NCBI GenBank assembly: GCA_951406725.2
Contig: OX597826.1
Location: forward strand, 81,716,001-81,780,000
Direction: 5' to 3'
Length of the DNA: 64,000 nt
Source of the DNA: Octopus vulgaris
Lineage: Eukaryota
The first letter of the stretch is position 1. Every line of letters begins with the position of its first letter. The translations under genes were made by a program, and so were the position numbers. Positions 26,512-40,933 of the stretch are shown one piece after another. Under the pieces are notes generated by a model. That model did not search any database. It was not told the origin of the DNA and saw only the letters and a list, made by a program, of their open reading frames with translations.

Positions 26512-27099
26512 ATATATAATTTATAGCTATATGCCTGTAATCATATTTGCGATTTATATATATGACTCATTATCAGCATAAAGCGCTCTCTCTCTCTCTG
26601 TATGTATGTATGTATGTATATATATATATATATATTAAAGGATCGTATGTGTATCTGAACTGTTGACTACATAAACAAGCTTTTATGTATACGTCCAGAT
26701 ACTCATGCGCCTGTTTACGGTTAAGCCCTACAATGGAGACCCTGTTTTCATCTATTACTAACCAATGTTAATCTAGTTGTGATGTAATTGACAACACATA
26801 CCCCTCATAGGTCTTGCTCTACAGCCTCCAATCTATACGAGAGATTAAGTTTCGCACAAACAGACTGAGTGTCCTCTTTTCCATGTAGGTTTTCCCCAAA
26901 TTTGTGAATTACTAAAGATACACTTGACTTGACGAAATTTTGCGTTTGCCATTAGAAGCTCATTCATGATGCATTGCACGGTGGTTGCTTTATGAAATCA
27001 GTTTCCAAGTGATAATGAAACACGTGGAAGGATGTTATAAGGAAATAATTCGAGACTATATTCGCTGGCCATATTTTATGTATAAGTAAGTAAGTAAGA

Positions 27100-27130
<31 letters not shown>

Positions 27131-27197
27131 TGCAGTACCAGGCAGTGGCTCTCATGGCTCCTGATCTTAACTGATATGTGTATGTATGTACATATGC

Positions 27198-27420
27198 TGC
27201 CCACAAGGAAGGCTTAACACAGAAGGGACAAACAAGGACAGACAAAGGGATTAAGTCGATTACATCGACCCTAGTGCGTAACTGGTACTTATTTAATCGA
27301 CCCCTAAAGGATGAAGGGCAAAGTCGACCTCGGTGAAATTTGAACTCAGAACGTGACGGCAGACGAAATACCACTAAGCAATTCGCCCGGCGCGCTAACG
27401 ATTCTGCCAGCTCGCCACCC
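27198..27420 (-). mobile_element. Meta-like SINE copy
   Basis: Full head GGCGAGCTGGCAGAATCGTTAGC, core and tail, homologous to the 5638-6752 units. Confidence 0.85.
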
Positions 27421-27795
27421 AATATTTACTGACTTTGTTTAGGCGCAGGAGTAGCTGCGTGGTATGAAGCTTGCTTTCCAACCACATGGTTGCAGGCTCA
27501 TTCCAACTATGGGGCACCTTGGTCAAGTTTCTTCTACTATAGCCCCGGGCCGGCCAAAACCTTGTGAGAGGATTTGTTTGATGGAAACTGAGGAAGCCCG
27601 TCGTATATATATATATATATATACATATAAAGTAGTTGTATACTGTCAACTTAATGTGACAGTCCCATGAAGGGAATAATACTACTGCTATTTATCCCTA
27701 CGAAGCAGCAACGCTTCCTGTCGGCCTTGACACATTTCCTGTGTCCTTATATTTACAAGGGGGAGACAAGCACCTCCACCTAGCTAAGCCTGCAA

Positions 27796-27835
27796 CCAGA
27801 GACTAGTTTCTGAGTCTTGCTCGTCATCAGTCTGG
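27796..27835 (-). ncRNA. Minimal type I hammerhead ribozyme motif, core intact
   Basis: Minus strand: ccaga-CTGATGA-c-gag-caaga-ctc-a-GAAA-ctag-TC-tctgg, giving a 5-bp helix I, a 3-bp helix II, a palindromic helix III (ACTAGT) and a GUC site. Confidence 0.75.
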
Positions 27836-27993
27836 AGTAGCCTGGCCTGATAGTTGGAGATGCCTATCTAGCTCTTGTGAATATATAAGAATTCTAGTGA
27901 AATAAATTCACGCAGTGGGACTGAACCCACAACTATGTGGTTGGGAAGCAAGCTTCTTACCACACAACGACGCTTGCGCCTATATATACAAAG

Positions 27994-28029
<36 letters not shown>

Positions 28030-29253
28030 GTAAAGGTATACATACATAGTGAAACTATTAAAAGTAAAACAATATAAAAGCGAAACTATTATAACTTACT
28101 CCGTGGAAGTCTTCATCTTTATTCTTTGAGTTTTGAAATGGGTTACGGAACCAGTGCCAATGATGCATTGTTTTAATCGAAAGAAATTACATGTTGACGC
28201 TCGTGGGGTCTTATAGTATTTCCATGCAAAATTTGATTTGATTGAGTCATTGGGAACAGACAGAGATGCCAAGGATTTTATAGATATATAGATGAAAGCG
28301 CCAACCTCCAATATAACTTTGTTATATATTTACTTGCCAGTAATTTGCCAGTAATTTTGAGTGGCATTAATCCATTAATCTACGCTAATATGTAAAATAT
28401 ATCATATACTGAATATAATTGTATCAGAAAATATGGAGCAATGGATAAACTGTACTCTACAAATTTAGCGTTTCCGTTTGATTAAAAACGTTGTTTGTTT
28501 TTTCTGGAAATGATGCGGTGAAAGGGCTGAGAATAGGAGACAAGCAGGGGAGGGAGAGAGAGGAAGAGAACAGAATGAAAAGGGGCAAATAGACCAAAGA
28601 GATGATGCGGGGATGAAGAGATTGATGTATTTTATAGGTTTTAAAGCGGTCAGCTTAGTAAACTTGGTCCAAGCGCGAGTATACATACAACATGTATTTA
28701 TGTATGTGTGTGTGTGTGTTTATAGATTCATATACATTAAATATATATGTATTTATATATATATATACAGATATATAAATACACACGCACGCACACACAC
28801 ACGTACACACACACATGGTGTTGTTATTATCAATCAAACTACACGAACATGAAACTAGCTAATAGCAATATGTAGCAATAGGAATTTCATGGCTATAATT
28901 AAATGTCTCTACCAAATTTATTATAGTTCCCAAATGATAAAAATAGTTATTAAAACTAACTCAGCTGCTATGAACTGTAGTCGCTTAATATCCGGCGTTT
29001 CTTTCAAAGTCTAATGGCGTTGTTTGGAAGCGGAATAATCGCTATGCATATTCTTCAACTACACACTCGGGTGTTATTTAACTAAAACAGAAGAATACAG
29101 AATGCTATTAGTTATTATAAACAATTAAAAGTGACCAATATGTGTAGACTTATATATATATATATTATAAATGATATAATGTATATTATATATATATTAT
29201 ATAATATAATGTATATATTATACATATACATATATATAATATAATATATATAT

Positions 29254-29310
<57 letters not shown>

Positions 29311-30087
29311 CTATGTATATTATTTGAGCGCAGATTTCAATGTACACATGTATATACGTGAGTAATTATCTGTGTATATGAAAGCATGCGTGTGTGCACG
29401 TAAGCATTTATGTGTATGTGTTGACGTACTTATATAAGTATCTGTGTATGTAGGCAAATAGTTATGTCTATGTACGCGTGTCTATGTGAGATATGTATGG
29501 GTCTATAAACGCACGCATGAATGGCCGCATCGATGGTTTATGTTAGGGAAGATGTCTAAACACGGCCACAGTCATATGTAAGTATATCTCTTGTTTATAT
29601 ACATACGCACACACACTTACACAAAGATATCATTGGGGGTCGTGTTTATTGTGGGTGTCTAGACGTGGGATTCTAGAGTCGTGGTTTACAAAAGGAAACT
29701 ATTATAAAACCTGAACTGTTGACTGGTCAAATAATAAAGGGTTGTGACTGTGGCTTGGCGGGTTATTTCCAATTTGTAACAATTCTCCACACCAGAGACG
29801 CAAATCTTCAGTTTATCGGATGTAATACATCAGAGAAAACGGTGAAGGATAAAAGACCTCGCTATCATTTCTGGTGACAACCAGAATAAGTGGAGTTTCA
29901 ATTATAAATGCAAATAATTCAACGTATTACGCACACACACACATGTATATATATATATATATATGTATATTGCCAGCCCTGCCAATATACACATATATTT
30001 GAATTCTCTCTGACTCCTCAGAGTTTTTGAATGCTGGACTACTGGTTTTAAATTGATATTAAAATTAATATTAATTTATCTCCCTCA

Positions 30088-30142
<55 letters not shown>

Positions 30143-30654
30143 CTAGATACCGGTATATTCCCAGAACTACTGAAAGAAACTAAAAACTACAGACATGTTT
30201 CTCTCACATCCACACATCTGAAATTGTGAGAACCCAATGTCCGAAAAGTATATTTATGTACTTTCCGGAAAATACAATCTGATGAGCGACTCCAATGGCA
30301 CAAAACCATTGATATATAAGTACTTGGTTTGATTCTTTCTGTTTCTCTCTCTCTCTCTCTCTCTCTCTCGCCTCCGTTGCGATGTCAGAAATGGCGAACA
30401 ACTGAGCGATGTGTGGTAACTTTTCTCATAAAAACTGATGTTCGGCAGTTGACCGATGTAGAGTACAACAAGGAAAACAAATAATTGTTTCTTCGTCCGA
30501 ACAATTAAATAACAGACCTGTAATTAAAACGTATTCCAGTCTTAATCTTCCGATCTCACCTTCGGACAGTGTCTCTAGAACTAATCTATCCATTTTCCCC
30601 TTGCTTTCTAAGATAACCAGTGTTTTGAGGGAAATATGATTAATATTCCTAAAT

Positions 30655-30966
30655 GGTGGAACTATACATATAGAGCCCACCACTTTGTCTCATATGGGTC
30701 CCTGTAATTTAGTTCTATAAGACAGCTCTTATTAGGGCACACCTAAATGATTACTCTTATGGTCAAAGATATTCCAACCAGGAAATCTTCGATTCATCTT
30801 AAAGCGGAAGTAAATGTTGCCTAATGTCGCTTAAACTGTAATCGAAGTTTACCTGGTTGGAATATCATTGACCATAAGGTGTGCTCTAATAAGAGCTGTC
30901 TTGTAGAACTAAATTACAGGGACCCGTATGAGACAAAGTGGTAGGCTCTATATCTATTGTTACACC
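30655..30966. repeat. Long foldback inverted repeat (~140-bp arms), MITE-like or hairpin
   Basis: ATATAGAGCCCACCACTTTGTCTCATATGGGTCCCTGTAATTTAGTTCT...CTTCGATT pairs with 30838-30953, with a 12-nt bulge and a ~40-nt loop. Confidence 0.85.
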
Positions 30967-31690
30967 CTAGTTAAATGAAAATTGACTGCTACTTTTAGCA
31001 TTCATTTCGTCGTATACTAAACGCTGCTCTTCTTGTGTAGCCACAAGTCAGCCCTGACCTTTTCAGGATCATTCCGAATTTTTTTTATCCTCTTCGGTTA
31101 TGATAGCAGGGTTGATGTGACAAATATATTTCTAAGAGGCTGATCTACCCTGCATAAGTATGGCTTGTAAAAATATGTTTGTGTAGAAACAGAAGAGAGG
31201 TGGACACTGGGTAAGAAGGCATTAGTTAGGTTCGTTTTATTAGCTTCTTATTTCAGACAAAGATATAGAAAAGAAAGAAAAAGTAAATTCTCAAAACAAA
31301 AGACATATTTATTGATTGGAGACATTGATTAGTGTAACTGTGTGGTTTCATATTTTATCGCTTGATGGGAAATTAATTCAATCAGTTTGATGCAGCGACA
31401 CATTTTATTTGGTTCTCTCTGTATTTTCAGTTCAAATTCGTTCCTTCTCTTTTAGAATTTAAAACAGATTCAAGATAAAAAATTTTAGGGTGGGAAACAG
31501 TAAAAGAAAAATAGACAGTAATATCAAGCTGGAAGTTACCTGACCCGAGAAATAGCAGCCAAATCTTGCACTTTAGTGAAGAAACCGATATGTTGAATGA
31601 TAGTGTGGTCCCGCACATCCTTAACATAGCAATACACGGGATAGCTGTAGTTGTAATACCTTTCACTAGAGCTGATGTTTGGCTAAAGGG

Positions 31691-31721
<31 letters not shown>

Positions 31722-32389
31722 AATAACCACTGTGGAATGATAACCACAGGCAAATTCGAAGCCGGATAGATTAAAACCGTAAAGTGAGGTCCATAAGTGT
31801 CGCAATGCATCGTGCCATTCGCCGCATCGATTCTCTCACGTGACCGCCCATTGAAAATATAATGAATATTGATAATACACGTGACAGGCGAGAAAGTGAA
31901 CAATAAATGATTTGTGAAAGCGCATCTTCTTGCCATAATAAAGTGGTTAAAATAGCCAAGAAATATAAACATTCAATTTGGAAAGACTGACAGATTGAAA
32001 CAAGGAAATGAGGCAAATATTAACTAAATATTTCATTATTTCTGAAAGAAATTTAATAATACAAGATACACAGCTAAGAAACGATCGATTCGTTGTTTGA
32101 TTGGCAAATAAACAGCATGTACAAGCTTTCATTTTTAAGTTTACCAATATTTGCTTATAATAACAATAAAAAGTTGAATATGGTTTATATATTGATAAAT
32201 TTAATAAGATTTGTTAACGAAGTTCGCTGCTGGCAGCACAGTAAACACAGATAGATAAATAGACTTGTCGATGCCGAGAAATTAGAAAGATAAAAGTAAA
32301 AATGGAGGATATGTAATAGAAAATAGATCATTCACAAATAATTATTATCGGAATTGGTTCGAAACACTCTCGGTCCACTGTCATCTGTT

Positions 32390-33140
32390 TGTATGAAATG
32401 ATATCTGAGTGACTACTGCAGAAAGTAGATGCTGGAAGGTGCCTCCGTGGAAGTAGGAAGCAGGAGAGCTGTGTGGGCAGAGGCAGATGACATCAACGTA
32501 ATTGTATCGGACAGCACAGAGCCTGTGTGACTGGAACCGTTTTTTTAAAGGAACAGGAGCCAATGACAAGAGCAAAACTTAACTGGGACAGCGAATTAGG
32601 GTCTAAATCTGCTGATAGTTTAAGTTTCTCAAAGTCTAGTTCCAGTCGGAATTCAAGGCTGCCAGGAAGTGGGAAGATATCAACAGGCTGTCCCGTTTAA
32701 CCCAGAAAGGAGCGGAACGGAAGCCATCCCTGAAAAATGACACAGGACTGGCGAAGCATACAACGACCCCTTTCATATTTTACCGCTTGACCGTCGTGCC
32801 ATACTTGTGGTTTCATCTATTCTTGTGGAAGGGAATCGTTTTTCAGGGATTCAGTTGGAGTCAACTTCCTTTGTGTAGAGAATTCGGGGCGCGGTGGCTG
32901 GTGATGCGCAGGCATCAACATTCAAAGAAATGCCTGGATGATTATCAGTTGAGATATTCACCATGAAAGGCATATTTTCCAACAGTGTTGAATTGTGGGC
33001 AAAGTGAAAAGACTGGGTGCGTAGCAATGGAATGGTGAGAGGCTTCACAGATCCCGGCCAGTTCCAAAACGTAGCCTGCAGATCTCCTGCGAAAGTATTC
33101 TATGGGGAAATAAGGGTAGAGAAATGCGATAATATGGGTT
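32390..33140 (-). mobile_element. Highly degraded LINE 3'-end relic(s)
   Basis: GC-richer block with weak similarity to the C-terminal RT-LINE segment (LAGIVKPL...RTQSF, LAPVPL...HRL). Confidence 0.3.
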
Positions 33141-33322
33141 GCAACATTTGTTGCTGAGTTGTTGTTGAGGTGTTTCTATTCTTATCGTTTCCTCAAGTAG
33201 TTTTTGATTGAAAAGATTGATTGCTAAAGACAATCGTGCTGAGACTAAACCGTCCTTTTCTTTATCACGTAATGTTCCATATATATGTGTGTGTCTGTGT
33301 GCATGCATGCGTATTTTATATT

Positions 33323-33363
<41 letters not shown>

Positions 33364-33364
<1 letters not shown>

Positions 33365-33740
33365 TGTCGTGGCATTCCGTCGGTTACGACGACGAGGGTT
33401 CCAGTTGATCCGATCAACGGAACATCCTGCTCGTGAAATTAACGTGCAAGTGGCTGAGCACTCCACAGACACGTTTACCCCTGACGTAGTTCTTGGGGAG
33501 ATTCAGCGTGACACAGAGGGTGACAAGGCTGGCCCTTTTTGAAATACAGGTACAATAGAAACAGAAAGAAAGAGTGAGAGAAAGTTGTGGTGGAAGAGTA
33601 CACCAGGGTTCACCACCACCTCTCGCCGGAGCCTCGTGAAACTTTAAGTGTGTTCGCTCAATAAACACAGCGCCCGGTCTGGGAATCGAAACCACGATCC
33701 TACGACCACGAGTTCGCTGTCCTGAGCCATTGCGCCTCCA
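33364..33740 (-). mobile_element. SINE family 2 copy with a different 3' tail
   Basis: Shares head and body with 21156-21466 up to ...CTCTCACTCTTTCTT, then carries an unrelated ~200-bp tail. Confidence 0.8.
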
Positions 33741-34683
33741 CACACACACACACATATATCACAGAGTAGAAATACGTACACTTGGTCGTGGACACGTTGC
33801 TATGAAGTGCATAGTAAGGCACCCATATCCCCAGGGTAAAGTAAAACAGGAAAAAAAAGCAAGCAATATGTCGTAAGTTTGTGTAATTATCGTGGGAAGT
33901 GTTCGCGTTTATTGAAATTCGTGTTACGTAAGTTGCGCTAAAATAACGTTGTTTACCAATGCCATTGTTGGTTTCCAGAGATATTTTTTTTTTGCCTAAA
34001 GCCAACTAAAGAGACAAAAGAAACAGCCATAAGAGAAACTGCGACAAAAATAGCTTCAGTACAGTTTTGTTAGCTTTTATGAGATGTGCTTAATAATTTA
34101 GAGTCCAAGTCTTTGGGCGATAATAGTAGCGCTTCTCTAATTGAAATCTACACACCAGGGAAAAATACATCTTTAGAAAGAAAACTAAAATTCAACGAAA
34201 ACACACGAAAATTATTTCAGCATTAGTAGCTATTAGAAGCTATTTTGCAAACACAGTGTTTGATGCAATGTTAATTATCTGTAAGTAATGGTAGTCTTTG
34301 CGAGGGTGAGGGAGAACATTGGCAAATTAGAAAAACAGTGGAGTTCTTTAAAAAAATATTTAAAGAGAAATAAAAAGTATAAAAAAGGATAGAATAAAAA
34401 AGAAAACAGATCTTTGGCAAGTTAATGTCTCGTTGTTTACATGTAAATATAGGTACTTTTTTGAATTTTTGTTAAGTATCATGTCTGAAATTCTCCAGAA
34501 TTTGAAACATATACGTAAGAAAAAAAACAAAAACACATAAATGAAAGCAGCTTTCCGAAGTATAGTTTAAAGAATTTAGAAAGCAGATCGGAGAATGCTA
34601 CGCAAAAACAATCAGAAGAAATATGGATGGGAATATGTTTTAATGTGATTCTTGTTTTCCCTCTTAACTATTTCTTTCGTATG

Positions 34684-34729
<46 letters not shown>

Positions 34730-35047
34730 GTATACATATATATAAACACGTGTTTGCATGTGTGTGTGTGCGTGTATATGCATGTATATATATATATATG
34801 TATGTATATATATATGTATATATACACACATTATGTGTGAAGTGATTGATTGACTGATTGATATCATATCAATTAGATGTCGTCAACTCGTTGAGTCAAG
34901 GACTTTTTTTATGATTGCAATCACAAAGAATGGTACCCTAAAGCCAAAAAGTTTTTCCATGTAGGTTTTGAAGTGATATTAGCAAAGAAGCTATTAATGG
35001 CATCTCAAATATGAAATATGATATAATATTATACATATATATTATAG

Positions 35048-35139
<92 letters not shown>

Positions 35140-36060
35140 TTGTATGTGTTTACGCATATATATTGTTTGTCGTGTCAAGCATATTTCCAGGGATACATTT
35201 TGTTCTGCTATTTTCCATTGAGACTTCTGGTAGCATCCGCCGCAGTTTTTATGCTTCCAGCCTTGAGGGCAAAATGTTGAAAGTTATGTTCCGAGTGCAG
35301 ACCAGGATCAAATCCTTTCAACGATGTCAATTCTCTCAGATGCATCCAACAGCAAAATAAAATAATTCTTCTTAGGGATAACCAATCTACGTGGAATTTA
35401 TACCAATAACACACAAACGACACTTGAACCTTCTACTATAGAAGACTTTGTCTGATGACCGTAGGCCATCGTAGGAGGGAGAAATTAGCAAAGTAACATC
35501 AATTTTAATCATTCACAAAATAACCAATTAAGGAACTTTAGTTTCGGCAATAATGGTCCCGGTATCACCCAGCTGCTGGAAGATTGTCAAGGCTAAACTA
35601 TATTAAATTAGAAAAATATATAAGGACATTGCCTTTGAGTTTGTCTGTGAATCTGGTTAATTCACATGGCGCGTTTAAATGGTTAAACTCTTAGAAGGGA
35701 GTGAATAAACAAACTTCAATGAAACAATAAAACAAACATTTCATTATGCATATAAAAGCAGCGAGTGTAGTTCTTTGGGAGCAACTGACAACCGTTTCTC
35801 TAAATCATGTGGTAGATATTATTCAGATGAAAGGACAAACAGCAACATCAGCAAATTTATATAGAAGTGGGAGAGATAGGAACATATATATATAGAGAGA
35901 GAGAGGGAGGAGAGAGAAAGAGAGAGAAGGAAAAGATTTAAGAATAAAGCTAATGCTTGATTGATGCTGCCTATTAAAGTACTTTATATGAGAACCTCGA
36001 TTGTTCTCGGCGGGATTTGAAATCAGAGCGTAATCAGCCAGAATAACTCAAGGTTTGTCA

Positions 36061-36107
<47 letters not shown>

Positions 36108-36641
36108 TACTGAAATTTTATTATACAAGCTTTAGGCTATTTCTATATATAATACGAATTCAATTTGACATAATCTTTGCTTGTGAGAATATATTTTGGA
36201 ATTTGAAAACAAATTATAACCAAATTATATCATAAATCGACAAGAACAGAATTATTATTATTATTATTATTAAAATACTTTTTTTAGTGTATGTTCCGTA
36301 CATACGTAATACGCCCAAAATAAACTTATGTTGTGTAGTATATAGCATACATACATACATGTATATTTGTATATGTATTCTATATATATATATGTGTGTG
36401 TGTGTGTGTATATGAATGTATGTATCTATCTATACATACATACGTACATACGGAACACATATTAGCATCTATACATGCAAAGAATTCATTCAGCCAACAC
36501 TACTAGCATTTCACTTAGTCTGCTATTTACCACCTTGGAAACGTCACATGACCAATGTTTGCAAAGGAAGGAAACTAGAATAAAAGAGAATCAAAATTAA
36601 TATTTTAACTGTATTATACATGTGTGTGTGTGAGAGAGACG

Positions 36642-36687
<46 letters not shown>

Positions 36688-36721
36688 GAGAGACGGAGAG
36701 AGAGAGAGAAAGAGAGAGAGA

Positions 36722-36753
<32 letters not shown>

Positions 36754-38404
36754 ATTTGAAAATAGTAAATGGTGGATTCGTTAGTGGGTCGGACAGAATA
36801 ACTTGTACTTGGTACAGCTTCGAAGCTGTCCATATTCTACGCCTTTTATAACTCTAGTGGTCGATAGATAAAGTACCCCTCACAGTAGTGGGTTCTTCTC
36901 TCACCGCCTGAATTCCTCTAGAATATATCTGTAATTCAAAGCTCAGCTATTGTTAGATTGTGTGTCACGCTGATTCGTCGCGAACATTGCTTTATCGAGA
37001 CACGATTTTTGCTCAATTACTCAGCTACTCACGACTCAGTTACGCAAATATGAAATCAATCAGTTATCAAAGAGAATGTCGAAATTCGGAATCGACGCAG
37101 ACTTTACCGAATAAATGCCCGTGGAACGAAAGATGAAGATGTCGTAAAGTAATATGAGATAAACAAGCAGATTAAAGTAAATGCAGTGAACGGAAGTTAA
37201 ATGCTACCGTTCCGTATAGAAAAAAAAAGATTGGATCGTATAAGGCAGTGATTGTTAACTATCTTTTGTTTATGAACCCTGTTGATTCCTATTTTACACG
37301 AACAGAGACACATAACCATTCCATATTTAAAAAAAATTCTACAGTTTTTTCATAATTATACATTATTAAGAATTGCCGGAAGTAGAACCAATTTATTGCA
37401 GACAAACTTTAAAAACAAAATCGTATTTAGAAAGGTGATTGTCATATTGACCCCGGTTGAAAAACTACTGATATAAATAATGCATTTTTCTATGTTAAAT
37501 GCGTGACAAAAGAACTTGGTGGAGGATTTACCAGCAATGTCTTTGGTCATATATGAAGACTACAACAGGCTCAGGAATTTCCCCAAATCTGGAAATACCG
37601 CGAAAATCATAGGAATTCCTTCCTTCCTTCCACTGGCTTAATTATAAATATAAAATCGACTTTATTGGCACCTTACACTTAAGTTTTTCTGTAAGTTTCT
37701 CAGTCCATTTGTGGAGGTCATTAGACAAATGGATAAAGTGGAGTTGTATAATTAAGTGAATCGATTTAAGACAACGGTTCGCAATCTTTTAATTACAATC
37801 TGTTCCAGTAAATAAATATACAAAAAGTATATACACAAATATATACAATTTGATAAAGTTGACATTTTGTAAGTTTCTTGGGAAAATATCTCTCATGATG
37901 CGTTTCCGGTGGATATAGTACGGCAGCCATTTAGTCTGCACATTGACATTTTGTAATCTACTTCAAAAGTAAAATATGCTTTCGAGACCCTTTCAAAATT
38001 ATACTGCGATCCAATTCTGGATTGCAACCAATGTTCTAAGAAGCTATAGTTGCAGTAGTAATTTTATTGGTCCCAGGTAGATGAAATGATGAATGTTGAA
38101 AAGAAAAGTATTTAAAAAAATTGAATCTTAAGAGAGGAAATTTAGAGCTCATGAAATATTACAGTTGGTAACCATTTCTGAAGACGCAATCTTCGAAGTC
38201 ACTAAAGGAAAATACGTCAAGACATTGCTGCATTGCATCGGGGTGGCGGGGCTTGGAACATTGCTTTGAAGAAAAGGCAAAAATAACATCACCAAGCTAT
38301 GGCTTTCGTGCTTTTAAAATGAAATATTTATTCAACTGCTGATGCAACATGTAACCTTGTTATCATTAATCACCTTTTCCCAGAGAACCGCTGTTCGTGC
38401 GCTT

Positions 38405-38442
<38 letters not shown>

Positions 38443-39133
38443 CCATGACGTCTTCAGGAAATTTCTTGTAAAAGAAGACTTGCACAAAATATAAATAACA
38501 AAAAAAAAAGAAGAAAAAAAGAACACTGGATACAAGAAAGTAAATATTACATCGAGCAAGAATAAGAGAACGCTTTTTTGAAACGAGCGAAATGTAAAGA
38601 TTAATTTTATGTCTAATTCAAAATTTCAAAATGTATTCGAAGAGAGAGAAATAAGGGAGGAAAAAAATAACAAAAAGGAAAGAAATACACAAACAAACAG
38701 CGAGTAGTCCTTTATTTCCATTTGGGTCTCAAAGATGTCATCTGTTTCCTTTTCGTCTTTTAATAAACTATTTTCATGTCAAATTTTCGAGCTCCTCTCG
38801 ACAGTATAAATATTCCTTAATTTACCGTGCTGTATTTCTGAAATAATTCATTGAACTCCACATAGAAATCTATTCTTTCCTTGACAAATGAACCATATCC
38901 GACTTCGAATACTTACAACAACTCTCATAACTAAATTAAGATTTATAATACGTCTATAACTTCGCTCTGTTAATTTGTTTATTGCATTCGTTATGAAGTA
39001 ATGATAATGAAAATAGAAGATAAATTAATCATCCGGTGATTCCCTATCGATCGTTCCTTGTCCACTTCCAAATAAAGAGAACACTGTGTTCACTGATGGC
39101 GAACGTAAGTCTAACATAGAAGCACACACGTGA

Positions 39134-39167
<34 letters not shown>

Positions 39168-39599
39168 GTGTGTGTGTGTGTGCGTGTATATGTACATATA
39201 TATATATATTATGTATGTATATGCATATGAACACACCCCATATATATATATGCACATATATATATGTAAATGTATATGTGTATATATCTTTAAATCTTAA
39301 AATTGCTTCAGCTTTAAAGCTACGGTCATGCTGGGGCACTACTGTTGACTGTGCAACTCCATTTTTTGAAACATTTCCTCTGACATGTGGCATTTGGCAA
39401 ATAAAGGGAATTTGATGCTTCTGCCCTCATCTGTGTTTCCTGTCGTGAGGTAGACTCATCTGGAAGCCTTCACACGAGGAGATCCAGTTTTGTTTTGATC
39501 ACACACACATATATGTATACATGTAAGCTCATATATATAGACGTACATACAAACGCATGCACACGTATGTACATGTGTGTGTGTGTGTGTGTTTATTTA

Positions 39600-40840
39600 C
39601 TGGGTCAACCCATAAATAATACAGGATTTTTATACTTCTTTTATTTTTCAAAATTAAGGTAAACAAAGTTCTTTTCTAACCTAAAATATGTCCTCCTTCG
39701 TTTTCACCAATGCTCTTACACCTATCTGGTTGACTTGCAAGGCCCTTCTTCCAAGAATCACTTGTCCCTGACGAAAAATACTCCTCCAGCACTGTTCTGA
39801 CTTTTTTTTTTTTTTTTCTAGTTTCAGCTCAGAATTCATATTTTTTCTGTCCAAATGATTTTGAAGACTTCTGAATGAATGATAATTAGATGGGGCAATG
39901 TCCGGCGAATATGGTGGGTGGAGCATCATTTCCCATTCAATCTGCTCCAGTCTTTTGGAATGTCATCCTTGCTGTATGTAGCCGAGCATTATCCCGATGG
40001 AAGAACACCTTTCCTCTTGAAACCAAAGATGGTCGTTTTTCTTCTAGCGCTGACTTAAGCCGCTCAAGATGCTCGCAGTAGATCTCCTTTGTTATCGTTT
40101 GGTTTGGGTTTAAAAGTTCGAAGTAGACTAAACCTTTCATATCCCACCAAACAGATAATAACGCCTTACATGAGTGATGGCCTTCTTTAACCAAGGATGT
40201 CAGTGTTTCTCCTTTCCCTGCCTACTGTCTTCGGCGCTTGACATTTTTATAGGGAACTCATTTCTCGTCACCAGTCACTATTCGGTCTAAAAAAAGGTTC
40301 ATTTGTGAAATTTGACAGCAAAGAAGAGCACACATTCACTCTCTGCGCTCGATTAGACACGGAAAGTTTGTGAGGAACACATTGATCCAATTTGCTGACT
40401 TTCTGATGACACGCAGGTATCGATGAATGGTTGAGTGACCAAATCCAAGCTTCTCTGCTAGTTCCTCAACAGTTACGACGGGATTTTCTTGCACCAGGAT
40501 TTACAGGACATACTCGTTAGTCCCTATAGATCTTCCAGGACGAGGTTCGTCTTCTAGACTGTAGCTTCCGGCTCGGAATTTTTGGAACTACCATTGACAC
40601 TGGCTTACTCTTATTGTCCGATCCCCATACACTGCATTAATATTCCTCGCACTTTCCGTTGCGTTGTTGCCTTTATTGAACTCCAAAAGCAAAATATGCC
40701 GAATATGTTCCTTTGTCATCTCCTTTGTAGTTTTGAAAAAATAACTGTTAAAATCGAACTGTGCTCTTCAAAATTTGCACTAAGAATAAATACAAGTTTA
40801 AATTACTACCTGCTTTTATAGCAAATATACGCAGTTTATC
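39600..40840 (-). mobile_element. Mariner transposon relic
   Basis: VPH, TGDEK, LLSVWWDMKGLVYFELL, FHRDNARLH and HPPYSPDIAPSNYH motifs, with frameshifts; a TA-flanked end near 39600. Confidence 0.88.
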
Positions 40841-40933
40841 CCGTCCCCACAAGATTTATCTTTTGATTACTAATTATCTGGCCGTAACCGATTTCTACCT
40901 CCAGTTTGAAGAGGTATATGCTCTCCGCCATTG

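Noticed and set aside
30285-30311. CTGATGA hammerhead-like start (also at 35452)
   Set aside because: No GAAA with a paired helix II and no NUH site.
31540-31644. AG...GT-bounded minus-strand segment reading LRMCGTTLSFNISVSS, a candidate extra CUB exon
   Set aside because: It has a weak polypyrimidine tract and lacks the FxSD/GF motifs. Its ATTTGGCTGCTATTTCT end recurs in degenerate form near 30980 and 57613, suggesting a repeat.
31427-31972. 181-aa minus-strand ORF
   Set aside because: No domain signal; it runs through a (TTG)n repeat and is probably a chance ORF.
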